NCBI GenBank assembly: GCA_041649495.1
Contig: JBAZMZ010000004.1
Location: 1-60,758 of the forward strand
Length of the DNA: 60,758 nt
Origin: Minisyncoccota bacterium
Lineage (GTDB): Bacteria; Patescibacteriota; Minisyncoccia; Phycocordibacterales; XYD1-FULL-46-19
Reading direction: 5' to 3'
Made by a program: the position numbers and the translations under genes. Of the stretch, positions 53,585 through 60,758 are shown one piece after another. Within the stretch, counting starts at the first letter, position 1. Each line of letters starts with the position of its first letter. The notes below the pieces were generated by a model. It saw only the letters and a program-made list of their open reading frames with translations, did no database searches and was not told the DNA's origin.

Positions 53585-53704
53585 CCCGTTAGAGGCAGAT
53601 TACGATCGATAAATCGTCATCTAACATTATTTTGTCTTCTAATAATATTTTAAACATATTTTTTAAAAAGCTTAATGGTGATCGTGGCCTCTAACGGGAT
53701 CCAT
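53583..53704 (-). promoter_or_regulatory. Second copy of the uORF-hairpin leader, occluding the pilB start codon
   Basis: The uORF at 53704-53672 encodes MDPVRGHDHH. The arms are 53687-53700 and 53583-53596 (GCCTCTAACGGGAT/ATCCCGTTAGAGGC). The pilB ATG is at 53584. Confidence 0.6.
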
Positions 53705-53766
53705 AAACTAAAATAGAAAGGCTTTGACTCCCTTCTATTTTAGCAAAGAAATTAGAAACAATCTAA

Positions 53767-56148
53767 CTACTTTTTATAACAGGCATAATTCCTGGCAAAA
53801 AATTTCAAAGCTTCCATTGGTGAACCAGAAGGAGTGTAGCCAGAAGAATTCAATAATTCTGTCTCTCCGGTGAGAACTAATTCGTAATCGGTTGGACATT
53901 TAACTGTCGTTCGCGTCTCTGTCTCGACCGGGGACATCACCACGGCACGTTTATACATATCAACGCGAAACCTTACTTCTCCAGTCGTTGAGTTCCTTTC
54001 AGAAATCCAATATTCAGTGCCATAACCATATAGTCCACTAGAGACATAATTACTGGTTCCCCCAATAGAAACATCGCAAACAACCGTTCCATTCTCGTTT
54101 ATCTTTCGGATTGACGAGCCCACCGCGCAATCGCCAGTAATTCTCTTTTGGACATTGGCAGTGTTTACACTAAAAACATTAGTATTTGAGAGACTAAGGG
54201 TGCTATTATCTGCTGTATAAGTATTAGTTGTCCCCCCCGTGCCAGTATTATCCGTCCCGGGTGCCCAGCCCATTGCCGTCCATTTGAGAACTTGGCCAGG
54301 GGTTGCCCCCATTTGATTTAATTTGCTGGCCGTAACAGCGCTATTGGCCAATTTGGCTGTCGAAACCCCAAGATCTTTAATTGAGAAAGTGTCTCCGGTC
54401 AACAATAAACTACTATTATCCGCCTTATAAATTGTCCCACCACCAATTGTTGTTGGGCTACACGAACCCGAAGCGGTGCAGGTATAGTAATGTTGAGCAT
54501 ACAGATTCGTCGTCGTGGCGTTGGTCGCAACAAGATTCACTGTAGTTAAAGTATCCCCAACCTTCACATCATCCCACAATCGAATTAAGCGATTTTGAGC
54601 ATTTTTGTCAGCCGTAGTCCCAGCGCCAGTAATATCCAAACCAACCGTGCCATAATTAAACTTACCATAAGCAATTTTGCCAGAATCAAGATCTTTGTTG
54701 GGATATTGGTAACCAACTTCCAACCCATTGGTCACATTGGAACCCTGATAGCTGGAATTGATGATCCTCAATCCCGTTCCACCCAAAATTCCTGAGGAAC
54801 CAATGTCGCCCGTCGCCCGAACATTCCCATTTACCTCAAGTTTGGCCCCTGGGGTCACCGTCCCAATCCCCACATCCCCTGCACCAGTAATAGTCATATC
54901 AATTACTGAATCGGCCGCTGAACCTTGGCCATTAGTGATGAAATGAATTGGATTGTTGCCGTTATTATAAATCATTGCTGAACCGGGTTGCCAACTAGCA
55001 CTAGCACCCCTTTTAACCAAAGAGACATAGCCACCGGCGGAGCTATTTATTGCCGAGAGATTAGACCAGCCAGAAGCATTAGTATTCATCAATTGTAATT
55101 TAGCTGGACCGGCCACACTATCAACCACTGTCAATTTCCCACCCGGACTAACTGTCCCAATCCCCACGTTGGTGCCATTGTTATAGATATTAGAATTAGC
55201 CGCCCATTTGGTGCCATCATAACGCAAAGTTTGACCAGAAGTTCCAGGATCAATCGTCGCGCCACTACTCCCGCCAACGGTATAACTAGTTGGACCAATT
55301 TTCACCGAGGTTAAAGCGGTTGTCCCGTTGCCCGGATTGGCCACTACTGTTGTACCACCGGTCCCTCCACCAGTACTCAAGCACTTTTCACTACCAGTAA
55401 CCGTGGTACAAATATCGCCTGTGGAGGTAACTTTATCTTGAAAAGCTGTTTTTCCGTTGACACGAAGATCGGTCGCGATTGAAACGAGCGTTCCGGCGTT
55501 GAGGATAGAGCTACTTGACATCCAACTTGTGCCATTGTAACGTAGAGTTTGGCTATTTGATCCTGCTGGCAAAGAAGTACCACTTCCTCCGCCAGTACTT
55601 AGACAAATCGGATTGGCAATACTTCCTGGAGTCACTGTGGTACAGATATCACCCGAAGCAACAATTTCTCCGCGAACATCTAAGGTTTTTTGTGGCAATC
55701 GGCTGGCAGGAGTTCCTCCCGACAGAGGTAAATTGATCCCAACTTTTGCGTCAGATTTATTGTTCCCACTCACCCCAACCAAACTCAAAACAGCATTCCC
55801 ACCCTTATAAAATCTCATCAATCCATTATAAACATCCTGAACCCACTTTTTTGAGTCAACCCTACTGTCGTCCTCAAAAATGGCTTGCCCACCTTCTCCA
55901 CCGGTTGCTCCTAAAAACAAATTTCCGAAGACCGCAACACCGCTCGCACCAAAACCGCCACTTTTTATCTGATTAGAATTCCCACTATTTATCGGCGGGT
56001 TACAACCTTCTCGACCAGTACAATCCGGAGGAGTTACTCCCTCGGGTGGTCCTTCCCATGCCCAAACAGAACCAGCGGGAACAAGAATGGTCAGAGTTAA
56101 AATTATGACAGCTAGTCGACCCAAGAAAAATGAGATTTTGTTAAACAT
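53767..56148 (-). CDS. Secreted 793-aa Gly/Thr/Ser-rich surface protein (tail-fibre/adhesin-like)
   Basis: Has a signal peptide. Repeats are GDICTTVT...CLSTGGG and GQTLRY(N/D)GT(S/K)W. I recognise no catalytic motif. Confidence 0.6.
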   Translation of the reverse strand: MFNKISFFLGRLAVIILTLTILVPAGSVWAWEGPPEGVTPPDCTGREGCNPPINSGNSNQIKSGGFGASGVAVFGNLFLGATGGEGGQAIFEDDSRVDSKKWVQDVYNGLMRFYKGGNAVLSLVGVSGNNKSDAKVGINLPLSGGTPASRLPQKTLDVRGEIVASGDICTTVTPGSIANPICLSTGGGSGTSLPAGSNSQTLRYNGTSWMSSSSILNAGTLVSIATDLRVNGKTAFQDKVTSTGDICTTVTGSEKCLSTGGGTGGTTVVANPGNGTTALTSVKIGPTSYTVGGSSGATIDPGTSGQTLRYDGTKWAANSNIYNNGTNVGIGTVSPGGKLTVVDSVAGPAKLQLMNTNASGWSNLSAINSSAGGYVSLVKRGASASWQPGSAMIYNNGNNPIHFITNGQGSAADSVIDMTITGAGDVGIGTVTPGAKLEVNGNVRATGDIGSSGILGGTGLRIINSSYQGSNVTNGLEVGYQYPNKDLDSGKIAYGKFNYGTVGLDITGAGTTADKNAQNRLIRLWDDVKVGDTLTTVNLVATNATTTNLYAQHYYTCTASGSCSPTTIGGGTIYKADNSSLLLTGDTFSIKDLGVSTAKLANSAVTASKLNQMGATPGQVLKWTAMGWAPGTDNTGTGGTTNTYTADNSTLSLSNTNVFSVNTANVQKRITGDCAVGSSIRKINENGTVVCDVSIGGTSNYVSSGLYGYGTEYWISERNSTTGEVRFRVDMYKRAVVMSPVETETRTTVKCPTDYELVLTGETELLNSSGYTPSGSPMEALKFFARNYACYKK

Positions 56149-56182
56149 AGAAATTAAAATTATTTAATAAAAATTGATAAAA

Positions 56183-56560
56183 TTAGCTATTTTGTAAAGC
56201 TTTCAGAATATCTTGCTTCTCTTGATCGGTCATGGGTGGAGTTTGAGCCACTTCTTGTTGAAGAGCGTTAAGAATATCAGATTTCTCCGTTTCGGTTAGA
56301 GCCTCGGTTTGGGTTGATTCTTGTTGCAATGATTCTAAAATTTGGGTCTTCTCTTTTTCCGTCAAAGGGACGGTGGCTGAAGTTGGCTCGCCAGAATTAG
56401 AAGCCGTTGAGAGTGAAAGATTTTTAGTTAAAACAATCGCAATGATAATGACCACTAAAATAACGACAATCGCGACTAAAATACTGATTAATTTTTTCTT
56501 ACCGCCAACGGGGCGATTGACGGGAGCGGGAGTGGGCGAAGGTGCTTGATAAGTTTCCAT
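56183..56560 (-). CDS. Membrane-anchored 125-aa protein with three T-(E/D)-x-E-K-x-x-I-L-x-x-L-Q repeats
   Basis: Has a TM segment (LISILVAIVVILVVIIIAIVL). Repeats are TEKEKTQILESLQQ, TETEKSDILNALQQ and TDQEKQDILKALQN. Confidence 0.55.
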   Translation of the reverse strand: METYQAPSPTPAPVNRPVGGKKKLISILVAIVVILVVIIIAIVLTKNLSLSTASNSGEPTSATVPLTEKEKTQILESLQQESTQTEALTETEKSDILNALQQEVAQTPPMTDQEKQDILKALQNS

Positions 56561-56689
56561 ATTTTATTGATTGATTAAGTTATTAATGGCTAACACTAAA
56601 CATAGAGTCAGCTTTGAGCTATTGTTTCTATTATAGTAAAAGATGCAATAAGAAACAATACTAATTGGGAAGAAAAAGTTGATAACAGG

Positions 56690-56717
56690 TTGACACCAAT
56701 TTTCTATCTGATATTAT
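56690..56717 (+). promoter_or_regulatory. Near-consensus promoter upstream of nusA
   Basis: TTGACA (56690-56695), 16-nt spacer, TATTAT (56712-56717). Confidence 0.45.
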
Positions 56718-56882
56718 TAAATTAGTAGTCTGTTGTGTCCCAACGGGCTTTTTTTAAAAGCTAACAAATTAAGCCGATGCGAATTTACGAATAATACGAA
56801 TGCTACGAATAGGGAAGAAACATTTTTGAACCCATTTGTATCATTCGCATGAAGATTCGTATCATTGGTATCGCACCTAATT

Positions 56883-58079
56883 ATGATTGATTTAAAAGCA
56901 CTTAAGGCTGGGCTCGAACAAATGGAAGAAGAGCGTCATATTCCTAAAGAAAAGGTCCTGTTAGCGATCGAAGACGCGTTAGTCGCTGCTTACAAGAAGG
57001 ATTATGGCAAAAAAGGCCAGATTATTCGGGCAAAATTTGATTTGGATTCCGGCAAGATCGACTTTTTTCAGGTTAAAATCGTAGCTGATGAAACAACGAC
57101 TCGTTTAGAAGACGAAGATGCTTCCCGAGGAGAGACCTCGGGCTCCCCACTACGCCAAGGCTTCGAGGGGCAAGCGCTTGAGGACTCACCTCTGAAAGCT
57201 GAAGATGAGCGACCAAAATTTAATCCCGAACATCATATCACGGTCGAAGATGCCCGCCGGATCAAGAAAGATGCCCAGGTTAATGATGAGCTAATTTTCC
57301 CACTAGAAACTCAAGATGATTATGGCCGAATTGCCGCCCAAACCGCTAAACAGGTCATTATCCAGCGCCTGCGCGAAGCCGAAAAAGAATCCACTCTAAG
57401 CGAATATCAAGAACGCGAAGACCAAGTTTTGAGTGGTGTCGTGCAAAAGGTTGACCGAGGCAATGTCTTTATTGACTTGGGCCGAGCGGTCGGCGTTTTG
57501 TTGCGCGACGATCAAATCCCCGGCGAGTTCTATCGCCCGGGTGAACGAATTCGAACCTACCTTTACCAAGTGGAAGAAACACCAAGAGGCATTAATTTGC
57601 GCCTATCTCGCTCACACCCAAAATTTGTCGAGAAATTATTTGAAACGGAAGCCCCTGAAATTGGTTCGGGCGTTGTCGAAATCAAAGCCGTCGCTCGCGA
57701 AGCCGGTTCGCGTTCAAAAGTAGCGGTCGCCTCCAGTGCCCCCAATATCGATCCGGTTGGTTCTTGTGTTGGTCAAAAAGGTTCTCGCGTCTCGGCCGTC
57801 ATTAACGAGTTAAGCGGTGAAAAAATTGATATTATCGAATGGTCAGACGACCCAAAGGAATTTATCGCCAATGCGCTATCGCCAGCTAAGGTTAACAGCC
57901 TTGAGCTAGATGAGGAGAATAAAGAGGCCCAAATCGAAGTTGACGCCGACCAATTTTCGCTCGCTGTTGGCAAGGGTGGACAAAATGCTCGTCTGGCCGC
58001 CAAATTAACCGGCTGGAAAATCGACATCAGCTCCCCTGATAGCGATGGGGAAGTAACGACCCCTTCTCCCGATCAATAA
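56883..58079 (+). CDS. nusA: Transcription termination/antitermination factor NusA
   Basis: MIDLKALKAGLEQMEEERHIPKEKVLLAIEDALVAAYKK, with S1 and two KH domains. The ATG at 56883 is preferred. Confidence 0.93.
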   Translation: MIDLKALKAGLEQMEEERHIPKEKVLLAIEDALVAAYKKDYGKKGQIIRAKFDLDSGKIDFFQVKIVADETTTRLEDEDASRGETSGSPLRQGFEGQALEDSPLKAEDERPKFNPEHHITVEDARRIKKDAQVNDELIFPLETQDDYGRIAAQTAKQVIIQRLREAEKESTLSEYQEREDQVLSGVVQKVDRGNVFIDLGRAVGVLLRDDQIPGEFYRPGERIRTYLYQVEETPRGINLRLSRSHPKFVEKLFETEAPEIGSGVVEIKAVAREAGSRSKVAVASSAPNIDPVGSCVGQKGSRVSAVINELSGEKIDIIEWSDDPKEFIANALSPAKVNSLELDEENKEAQIEVDADQFSLAVGKGGQNARLAAKLTGWKIDISSPDSDGEVTTPSPDQ

Positions 58080-58116
58080 AATTTTTATTAATTATTAATT
58101 TAAAATAAATATCAAT

Positions 58117-58263
58117 ATGGAACAAGAAAATCAGACCGGGATCGCTATCGCCGTCGCCATTATCGTCATAATTTTATTTTTTGGCGGTTGGTATCTCTTT
58201 TTTGGCCAAACTCTCACCCAGCCAGCCAACTTGGAACCCGTTACGGCTCCAGTCGCGATTTAA
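58117..58263 (+). CDS. Possible 48-aa single-TM protein (below the ORF-track cutoff)
   Basis: MEQENQTGIAIAVAIIVIILFFGGWYLFFGQTLTQPANLEPVTAPVAI. It fills the nusA-tig gap exactly. Confidence 0.35.
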   Translation: MEQENQTGIAIAVAIIVIILFFGGWYLFFGQTLTQPANLEPVTAPVAI

Positions 58264-58266
58264 ATT

Positions 58267-59373
58267 ATGGTCAAATTACCCAAAATTGATATCCAGCCGA
58301 CCGGCGAAGGCGAAATTGAGCTTTCGGCCGAGTTAGAAGTCGAGATTTTTAATGGTTATCGCGACCAAGCTCTCAAGGCGCTCGGCGCTGATGCCAAAAT
58401 CGATGGCTTTCGTCCTGGCCATATCCCCGAAAAGGTCCTGATTGAACAATTGGGTGAAGAAAAGGTGTTGTGGGAAATGGCGCAACAAGCCATCGCCGAT
58501 TATTATCCGGCTATTTTACAAGAACATAAGATTCCGGCCATTGGTCAACCGCAAGTGACAATTACCAAAATTGCCAAGGATAATCCGCTCGGTTTCAAAA
58601 TCAAAACCGCCGTGATGCCCGAGATCAAAATTGGCGATTATAAAAAGATCGCCCAAAAAGCCAATGAACTTGGAGGCGAAACCTCGAAATCCCCAGAGGT
58701 TTCACCTCCAAGTCTGACTGCCAGCGACGAGGAAATCAACAAGGTTATTGAAGAATTACGTCGCAGTCGCGCCACGGTTGACCATTCTGAGCACGAACAT
58801 AAAGAAGATGAGAAGTGCGATCACTCTACACCAGAACTACCAAAAGAAGCTGAATTGCCCGAGCTCACCGACGAATTTGCCCAAAGCTTGGGTCAATTTA
58901 AAACTGTTGACGAACTCAAAGCCAAGATCAAAGAAAATCTCGAATTAGAAAAAAAGAATAAAGCCAAAGACAAAAAACGAGTCGAAATTGTTGAAGAAAT
59001 AATCAAAGCTTCCGAGATAAAAATTGCCAATCTTTTGGTTGACAGCGAAAAAGAAAAAATGCTGGCCGAGATGGAATCACAGATTGGTTATATGGGCCTC
59101 AAGTTTGACGATTATCTCGCCCATCTGAAAAAAACTCGCGACGAATTAAAGAGTGGCTGGGACAAAGAGGCTCGCCAACGCGTTGCTTTTGGTCTCGTCC
59201 TCGCCGAGATTGCCAAATTAGAAAAGATTGAAGCCCCCGAAGAAGAGCTCAAACGCGAAATTGACTACCTCAAGAACCAGTACAAAGATGTCCCCGAAGA
59301 TCGCCTCCGCGCCTACGCCTCTAGCCTCCTCATCAACGAAAAAGTGTTCGAGTTTTTGGAAAATCAAAAATAA
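58267..59373 (+). CDS. tig: Trigger factor lacking the FKBP/PPIase domain
   Basis: The N-domain has DGFRPGHIP. A C-terminal arm domain is present. The middle PPIase segment is replaced by a short acidic/His linker. Confidence 0.8.
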   Translation: MVKLPKIDIQPTGEGEIELSAELEVEIFNGYRDQALKALGADAKIDGFRPGHIPEKVLIEQLGEEKVLWEMAQQAIADYYPAILQEHKIPAIGQPQVTITKIAKDNPLGFKIKTAVMPEIKIGDYKKIAQKANELGGETSKSPEVSPPSLTASDEEINKVIEELRRSRATVDHSEHEHKEDEKCDHSTPELPKEAELPELTDEFAQSLGQFKTVDELKAKIKENLELEKKNKAKDKKRVEIVEEIIKASEIKIANLLVDSEKEKMLAEMESQIGYMGLKFDDYLAHLKKTRDELKSGWDKEARQRVAFGLVLAEIAKLEKIEAPEEELKREIDYLKNQYKDVPEDRLRAYASSLLINEKVFEFLENQK

Positions 59374-59412
59374 TCAAGGGCAGGCCTTGATTATTGATTA
59401 TCATAAATGGTA

Positions 59413-59439
59413 AAGGCCGAGGAGATAATCCTCGGCCTT
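59413..59439. terminator. Bidirectional terminator hairpin
   Basis: AAGGCCGAGG agataat CCTCGGCCTT, lying between convergent genes. Confidence 0.65.
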
Positions 59440-59465
59440 ATGGGTCCGTTTTCTTAGGCGGGCGA

Positions 59466-60563
59466 CTACTCGTCGCCGTTAACGTCGTTGGCGGGGAGGT
59501 CCGCTCCGCCGGGTCGCGGGCGCAACCGTTTGGTCCGCTTGCCCGAGTTGACCTGGTCGCGCATCAGCGCATACAGAATCTTGCGCGCCGCGCCACCAGC
59601 CGAGGCCAGATTGGCCACCGACGGATCGGTGATCGGGAAAAGGGACAACTTACGGAGCAAGTCCGCGTCCACAAACAACTTCGTGTCGCCCTTTCCGCGC
59701 CAAAAATCGTGGTGGCACGAGAAGAGAAGGGCCAGGCAGGACAGGAAGGTTGCCCGCAAATAGGTCGCCCCCTCTTTGAATGTCACCCGCCGGATCCCCC
59801 AGGCTTGCTCGACAAAATTCCAAAAACCAACGATGTTGTCGCGCAAGGCGATCGGCCCGATCTTGTCGTGGATCTTTTGGAGGCCCTGAGCCAGTTCGAG
59901 GTAATTCGAAGCCCGCCCCGGTCCAAGGTGCGAGTGCAAGGCGCCGGCCGTACGCAGAAAAGTGATTGCCGTGACGAGCTCCTCTCGCTTCATCCGCTGG
60001 TTCCAGCTCACCCGACCATTCATCACGAAATCGGGAGAGTTGGCGGTGAGCTCATACAAAAGCTCGACCGCCGGCAATTCCGTCCGCAAATTACGGAGCA
60101 GAATGTTCGAGGACAACTTGGTTCGCTCGGCGTTCAGAATGCGGAAGCGATTCCGCTCCCAATTCTCGTCGGTGCCGAAGTGAACCGTCGCCCCCAAATG
60201 AGGAGGCTTGTCCCCGCCCTCTTGAAGCAACTGAATCGCTGCCGTCACCCGCTGTTGCCCGTCGACGACGAACACTGGATCCTGCAGGTAAAAACACCCC
60301 TGCCGATCCATGAACCGTTCCCCCCTCATCCCAAGGTCGATGTCAGGAACGGCCGACCCCGCCTTAAACGCCCCGACCAATTCCTTGATCTTGGCGAAAG
60401 GCAGAACCTCCCGCTGATAGAGACCAACCCGGAGTCGCTTCAGCGACTCGGGATCAATCACTCCTCGCAAGATGATTTCGCCTTCGCGAGTCTCATCCAA
60501 CGCGCCGCTACAAACCTTAACACTCCCGGCCACAACTTCTTTTCCTAACTGTTGCGCAACCAT
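59466..60563 (-). CDS. DGQQR-motif ParB/Srx-fold protein (DndB / DUF262-like), G+C-rich
   Basis: LYQREVLPF ... VFVVDGQQRVTAAIQLL. The size (about 365 aa) is typical of DndB-like proteins. The ATG at 60563 is preceded by GAAAGGG. Confidence 0.55.
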   Translation of the reverse strand: MVAQQLGKEVVAGSVKVCSGALDETREGEIILRGVIDPESLKRLRVGLYQREVLPFAKIKELVGAFKAGSAVPDIDLGMRGERFMDRQGCFYLQDPVFVVDGQQRVTAAIQLLQEGGDKPPHLGATVHFGTDENWERNRFRILNAERTKLSSNILLRNLRTELPAVELLYELTANSPDFVMNGRVSWNQRMKREELVTAITFLRTAGALHSHLGPGRASNYLELAQGLQKIHDKIGPIALRDNIVGFWNFVEQAWGIRRVTFKEGATYLRATFLSCLALLFSCHHDFWRGKGDTKLFVDADLLRKLSLFPITDPSVANLASAGGAARKILYALMRDQVNSGKRTKRLRPRPGGADLPANDVNGDE

Positions 60564-60639
60564 TGTCAAACCCTTTCTGTTTTGGCTCTAGTTCCCCGCA
60601 GGGATAACGAGCCGTCAAACAACAAAGAACCCACTTTAG

Positions 60640-60660
60640 TTAACCTTTGAAGCCGAACAC
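60640..60660. mobile_element. Putative left terminal inverted repeat of an IS30-like element
   Basis: TTAACCTTTGAAGCCGAACAC lies 17 nt before the transposase ATG and is the inverse of 100-120. Confidence 0.5.
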
Positions 60661-60676
60661 TTAGTAAAATAGTGTT

Positions 60677-60758
60677 ATGGCAAATCAATATCATCATTTG
60701 TCTTTGGCTGAGCGTTACGTCATCGACAAATTGTTTAGTCGGCAAACCTCAATCAGAG
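60677..60758 (+). CDS. IS30-family transposase, N-terminal fragment (runs off the window end)
   Basis: MANQYHHLSLAERYVIDKLFSRQTSIR is the LS-ER--I HTH start typical of IS30 transposases. Confidence 0.55.
   Translation, partial: MANQYHHLSLAERYVIDKLFSRQTSIR

Noticed and set aside
59394-60548. 384-aa plus-strand ORF covering the DGQQR gene region
   Set aside because: Its translation is Arg/Pro/Gly-rich low complexity with no motif. It is the antisense shadow of a G+C-rich gene. The minus-strand frame has the QRE/DGQQR motifs and an SD.
1-60758. Idea that the window is a closed circular element joined through the IS30 gene
   Set aside because: The two transposase fragments total only about 63 codons, whereas IS30 transposases are several hundred residues. 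So the ends cannot simply be joined. A contig break or two IS copies is more plausible.

Overview
This 60.8-kb window looks like a small-genome, Candidate Phyla Radiation (Patescibacteria)-type bacterium. Evidence: rpsE abuts rplO with no L30 gene, native genes have almost no Shine-Dalgarno sequences, and it carries type IV pilus and ComEC genes plus large secreted proteins.

Gene content:
- The minus strand carries a nearly complete str-S10-spc ribosomal-protein superoperon, from rpsL at 35.9 kb down to secY-adk-map-ndk at 9.4 kb.
- Also present: ssrA (tmRNA)/smpB, infC-rpmI-rplT, rpmB, recJ, rnhA, pgk-tpiA, nusA and a trigger factor without a PPIase domain.
- A type IV pilus block holds pilB, a frame-disrupted pilC, two giant prepilins and a PilX-like protein, next to a 793-aa surface protein. 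comEC is split into two ORFs.

Unusual features:
1. The ribosomal operons are interrupted by co-oriented accessory insertions. These are three hicBA pairs, a hepT/mntA pair, a 3-kb block between rplE and rpsN, an 865-aa papain-like protease, and G+C-rich orphan genes. Several bring their own hairpin terminator and a near-consensus promoter.
2. Nearly every intergenic spacer is filled with one of several short-word repeat families.
3. A hairpin family keeps a conserved 10-nt loop (GGGCTCACTT) on covarying stems.
4. A roughly 220-nt structured composite repeat occurs twice with compensatory changes. One copy is split by a small gene cassette.
5. A hairpin leader with a conserved 10-11 codon uORF occurs in front of both rpmI and pilB.
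6. Six visibly G+C-richer single-gene islands have strong Shine-Dalgarno sites. One is a DGQQR (DndB/DUF262-like) protein next to an IS30 end.

Both window edges fall inside IS30-like transposase genes. No rRNA, tRNA or CRISPR array was seen. All calls rest on reading the sequence and the ORF track; no database search or numeric composition calculation was run.
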